From: an uncultured virus (IMG/VR IMGVR_UViG_3300028603_000036)
Lineage: Duplodnaviria > Heunggongvirae > Uroviricota > Caudoviricetes
DNA length: 20,000 nt
IMG/VR virus record: IMGVR_UViG_3300028603_000036
Strand: one strand, 5' to 3'
The translations under genes and the position numbers were made by a program. This document shows positions 17,262-20,000 of this stretch, piece by piece. The notes beneath the pieces are model-generated. The model was not told the origin of the DNA. It made no database searches and saw only the letters and a list, made by a program, of their open reading frames with translations. The first letter of the stretch is position 1; every line of letters starts with the position of its first letter.

Positions 17262-17284
17262 CACGACGTTCTAGGAGGACTGGC

Positions 17285-17665
17285 ATGGCCGAAGCCGTGG
17301 TAGCCAATATTTATCGCCGCCGCATCGCCGCTCGCATGGCCGGTGGCGCAAACATCGCGCCCATTGCCTTTATGGCGTTCGGCGACGGCGGGCATAACGC
17401 GGACTTGACGCCGAAAGCGCCGTCCGCCAACGCCACTTCACTGAATAACGAGATTCTGCGCAAGCCGCTGGCGGCCATCACGCAAGAAGACCTGTATTCG
17501 GTAACGGGCAAGGGGGCGATTGAAGCCAATGAGGTTGTCGGTGCGGGAATTTCCGAAGCGGCCCTTATTGACGCCAATGGAAACCTCGTCGGCTTGAAGA
17601 CGTTTGCGCCGAAGTTCAAGGAGAACGACGAGCGTTACGAAATCAGTATCAAGCTGCGCTTTTAA
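17285..17665 (+). CDS. Tail-collar fibre protein (fibre attachment domain, DUF3751-like)
   Basis: 126 aa from ATG 17285 with a perfect AGGAGG SD, preferred over TTG 17204. MAFGDGG...SLNNEILRKP...ISEAALIDANGNLVGLKTFAPKFK is typical of collar/fibre N-terminal domains. Confidence 0.75.
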   Translation: MAEAVVANIYRRRIAARMAGGANIAPIAFMAFGDGGHNADLTPKAPSANATSLNNEILRKPLAAITQEDLYSVTGKGAIEANEVVGAGISEAALIDANGNLVGLKTFAPKFKENDERYEISIKLRF

Positions 17666-17676
17666 GGAGCCTTCAA

Positions 17677-18594
17677 ATGGCATTGCCCCACCCGAAAATT
17701 ACCCCGCTTCCCAACAATGAACCCGACGCGGTTCCTTCCCTGTGGAACACCCGCTATGACGAGATTGATGCGAACTTCGCTGATCTGGATGGCCGTCTTG
17801 TCGCTCGTGAAAATGAACTGAACGCGGCGCGCGGCGGGAAAGCGAATCTTGGCATCCGCCTGAATGAACTGGAATCCAGTGTGTCCGGCCAGTCGGAGGA
17901 GGCCGACAACAACAAGATCGCCGTTTTGCTCTTTGCGCTGCAACAAGCAGCGCTGGCAAATTCAGGCGTCAACACCCTGAAGACGGTCGCCCAACAGGAA
18001 GGCGAAATCGTCATTACGAACCGTGGCCTGATTCGCGGCTGCGCGGCCAGCAAGTCCACGACCGCCACGCGGAACCTGAATTTCACCGATGGCGCCTGCT
18101 TTGCGCAGGGCCGCGCGTTTGCCGTCAGCGGCACCGATAACGCGGCCAGCGTTCCCAGCAATCCGTCCGGCTCTTCCGTCACGGTGCGCGCGTATCTGTT
18201 TCAGGATGCCAACGGCTCGTGGCGGCCCGCAGTGACGCCGGTCGGCACCGACGTACCGGACGGCGCTATCACGCTCTACCAACTGACCATCCCCGCCGGT
18301 AATACCGACGCGACAGACCCCAATTTGAGCGGCGTCACGCTGACCAGCGTGCGCCGGTTTGAGCCGCAGTTCCCTCTGCTGCTCGATAGCCCGCCCACTC
18401 AGACGGTCGCCATCAACACCCTTGGCGCTTCCGACTACCAGCTTGCGTTCGATGTGGTGTCCGCTCAAGGCGCGCCCTGCGGCGCTGACGCCGTGGTTGC
18501 GCATAGCCGCGCCACCAATGGCTTTTCCATTGAGCTGCACAGCGCAGCAGACAACGTGCGCCTGCGCTGGAAGCTCTCGCGCTTGAGCAACTAA
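17677..18594 (+). CDS. Putative tail fibre / receptor-binding scaffold protein
   Basis: 305 aa with AAGGAG SD. N-terminal coiled coil (NTRYDEIDANFADLDGRL...AARGGKANLGIRL) followed by beta-rich domains. Located in the fibre operon. Confidence 0.6.
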   Translation: MALPHPKITPLPNNEPDAVPSLWNTRYDEIDANFADLDGRLVARENELNAARGGKANLGIRLNELESSVSGQSEEADNNKIAVLLFALQQAALANSGVNTLKTVAQQEGEIVITNRGLIRGCAASKSTTATRNLNFTDGACFAQGRAFAVSGTDNAASVPSNPSGSSVTVRAYLFQDANGSWRPAVTPVGTDVPDGAITLYQLTIPAGNTDATDPNLSGVTLTSVRRFEPQFPLLLDSPPTQTVAINTLGASDYQLAFDVVSAQGAPCGADAVVAHSRATNGFSIELHSAADNVRLRWKLSRLSN

Positions 18595-18614
18595 CCCCCT
18601 CGAAGGAGAAAACA

Positions 18615-18950
18615 ATGGCACGTATTCAATTGAAGCAGCCCGGCCAGGCCGTGGCTGATTTTGCGGTGGACGGCCACGTCATCACTGTGGCCGGTGTCCT
18701 GGTGGACTGCCGCGAATTGCAGCAGGACAGCATGCAAGTCGTTGAGGTGCGCCAGTCCGGCAGCACCGCCCATATCGGTGGCGATGGCGCATACCTGGCG
18801 CACATCGTCATTCCGGCCCGCGTCTACGAAGAGATCCCGGTCGAAGGCAGCGAGGAAGACGAGGGCGAAGAGGGTCAAAGCGTCGAGCGCGTGGCCCAGG
18901 AGCTTGACCCCAACGCCATCGAAGTAACCCTCTGGCCCCTGGCGAACTGA
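18615..18950 (+). CDS. Small phage protein, putative adaptor for the Mtd-like receptor-binding protein
   Basis: 111 aa with AAGGAG SD. YLAHIVIPARVYEE...acidic loop...LDPNAIEVTLWP resembles a small-gene family I recall upstream of FGE/CLec DGR targets in phages. Confidence 0.55.
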   Translation: MARIQLKQPGQAVADFAVDGHVITVAGVLVDCRELQQDSMQVVEVRQSGSTAHIGGDGAYLAHIVIPARVYEEIPVEGSEEDEGEEGQSVERVAQELDPNAIEVTLWPLAN

Positions 18951-18959
18951 TCGCCAGGG
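18937..18959 (+). other. GC-rich hairpin over the stop codon, upstream of the mtd-like gene
   Basis: CCCTGGCGA (18937-18945), loop ACTGA, TCGCCAGGG (18951-18959): a perfect 9-bp stem with no U-tract. Confidence 0.45.
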
Positions 18960-18983
18960 CAGCCGCAACTATTGGAGAAATTC

Positions 18984-20000
18984 ATGCCCAGCATTTACGT
19001 GAAAGACGAGCTACGCGCTTCCGTCGAAGCCGCCAGCGGCGGCAAGCAGACCATCCTGTATACCGCCAGTGGACAGCCGTCCATCATGAACGTCGTGCCG
19101 AAGTTCAATCTGGAAGACATTGATGTCAGCCTTGGCACCGGCGTCCATCCCGCATTCATCGTCGGCGGCGTCGAGAAAAGCGAGCTGTTCATTGGCGCGT
19201 ATCAGGGAATCATCAAGAACGGCGAGCTGGTTTCTCTGGCCGGTGTTGACCCCAGCGCCTCCGCCAATCACGACACATTCGTGAATGCAGCGCGGGCAGC
19301 CGGGCCTGGCTTTCACCTCACCACGAACGCGGAGTACGCTGCGCTGGCCCTGTGGTGTCAGAAAAACGGTTTCCAGCCGCGCGGCAACAGCAACTACGGT
19401 CGCTCCCACGAAGCCACGCACGAAACGGCCCGCCGTCAGGATGGCGGCACCCCCGGAGCCAGCAGCGGCACCGCCCGCACCTTGACCGGCTCTGGCCCTG
19501 CGTCGTGGCGTCACGACAATACGCCGAATGGTATTTCCGACCTGTGCGGGAATATTTGGGAATGGTCGCCTGGCATGCGCCTGATGGACGGCGAAATTCA
19601 AGTCATCCCCAACAACGACGCCGCACTGCACACCACGGACTTGGCGCGCACTTCCAGTGCCTGGCGCGCTATCCGTGCAAGCGACGGCGCCCTGGTGGCT
19701 CCCGGCACCGCTGGCACCCTCAAGTACGACGCCTCAAGCCCGACCGGCGGCAACATCGTCCTTTCCGACGCCATTACCAACCGTCTTGGCGAGCTGGGCG
19801 ACGACGCGAACTCCGGTAACTCGGCGTCTGTTGCGCTGAAGAGCATGACGGCTAAGGCTGGCCTGAATGTTCCTGCTATCGCCAAGGCGTTGGGACTGTA
19901 TCCGGCTGTGCCTGAAACGATGAAAAGTGAAAGCGCCTATATGCGCAACTATGGCGAGCGCGTCCCGTCTCGTGGCGGCAGCTGGAGCAGCGGCGCGGAT
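18984..20000 (+). CDS. Mtd-like C-type-lectin/FGE-fold receptor-binding protein, probable DGR target (3'-truncated)
   Basis: Absent from the ORF track because there is no stop in the window. ATG 18984 with GGAG SD, 339 open codons: MPSIYVKDELRASVEAASGGKQT...HPAFIVGGVEKSELFIGAYQ...GFHLTTNAEYAALALW...RTLTGSGP.SWRHD...GISDLCGNIWEW...RNYGERVPSRGGSWSSGAD. These are hallmark FGE/CLec motifs. Confidence 0.85.
   Translation, partial: MPSIYVKDELRASVEAASGGKQTILYTASGQPSIMNVVPKFNLEDIDVSLGTGVHPAFIVGGVEKSELFIGAYQGIIKNGELVSLAGVDPSASANHDTFVNAARAAGPGFHLTTNAEYAALALWCQKNGFQPRGNSNYGRSHEATHETARRQDGGTPGASSGTARTLTGSGPASWRHDNTPNGISDLCGNIWEWSPGMRLMDGEIQVIPNNDAALHTTDLARTSSAWRAIRASDGALVAPGTAGTLKYDASSPTGGNIVLSDAITNRLGELGDDANSGNSASVALKSMTAKAGLNVPAIAKALGLYPAVPETMKSESAYMRNYGERVPSRGGSWSSGAD

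Larger units (their letters stand above)
1..20000 (+). mobile_element. P1-like myovirus (phage-plasmid or prophage) morphogenesis region
   Basis: darB-ulx, prt, and tub-sit-pmgA-bplA-16-like genes in P1-like order. No host genes are seen in the window. Confidence 0.85.

Noticed and set aside
17204..17284. TTG-start extension of the collar protein
   Set aside because: It overlaps the promoter-like motif, and ATG 17285 has a perfect AGGAGG SD.
10686..17665. T6SS, tailocin or eCIS locus
   Set aside because: A portal gene and head-packaged Dar-like genes indicate a DNA-packaging phage. No T6SS membrane-complex or ATPase genes are seen.

Overview
GC-rich window from the virion-morphogenesis region of a P1-like myovirus (phage-plasmid or prophage, probably from a proteobacterial host). 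All credible genes are on the + strand and tightly packed. The order is: the 3' end of a probable polyvalent/DarA-like virion protein; a 2150-aa DarB-like methyltransferase-SNF2 helicase; a Ulx-like protein; a P1 Prt-like portal; a tube-fold (Tub-like) protein; a free-standing GIY-YIG homing endonuclease; a tape-measure-like protein with a VgrG3-C-like peptidoglycan hydrolase; PmgA-, BplA- and gp16-like baseplate proteins; a tail-collar protein; a fibre/scaffold protein; a small adaptor; and an Mtd-like C-type-lectin (FGE-fold) protein. The last ORF is missing from the ORF track and is cut by the window end where a DGR-type variable region would begin. Main observations: (1) a P1-type virion apparently using a DGR-type receptor-binding module in place of the S/U/Cin inversion system; (2) a promoter-like element, CGGAAAA-N29-(-10 box)-N5-GCAT, with identical spacing in three intergenic gaps, two of which predict leaderless mRNAs; (3) a compact dar-ulx-portal antirestriction cluster; (4) a mosaic tape-measure gene with an exact in-frame 64-bp duplication. 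Family assignments come from recalled motifs and synteny, not from database searches.
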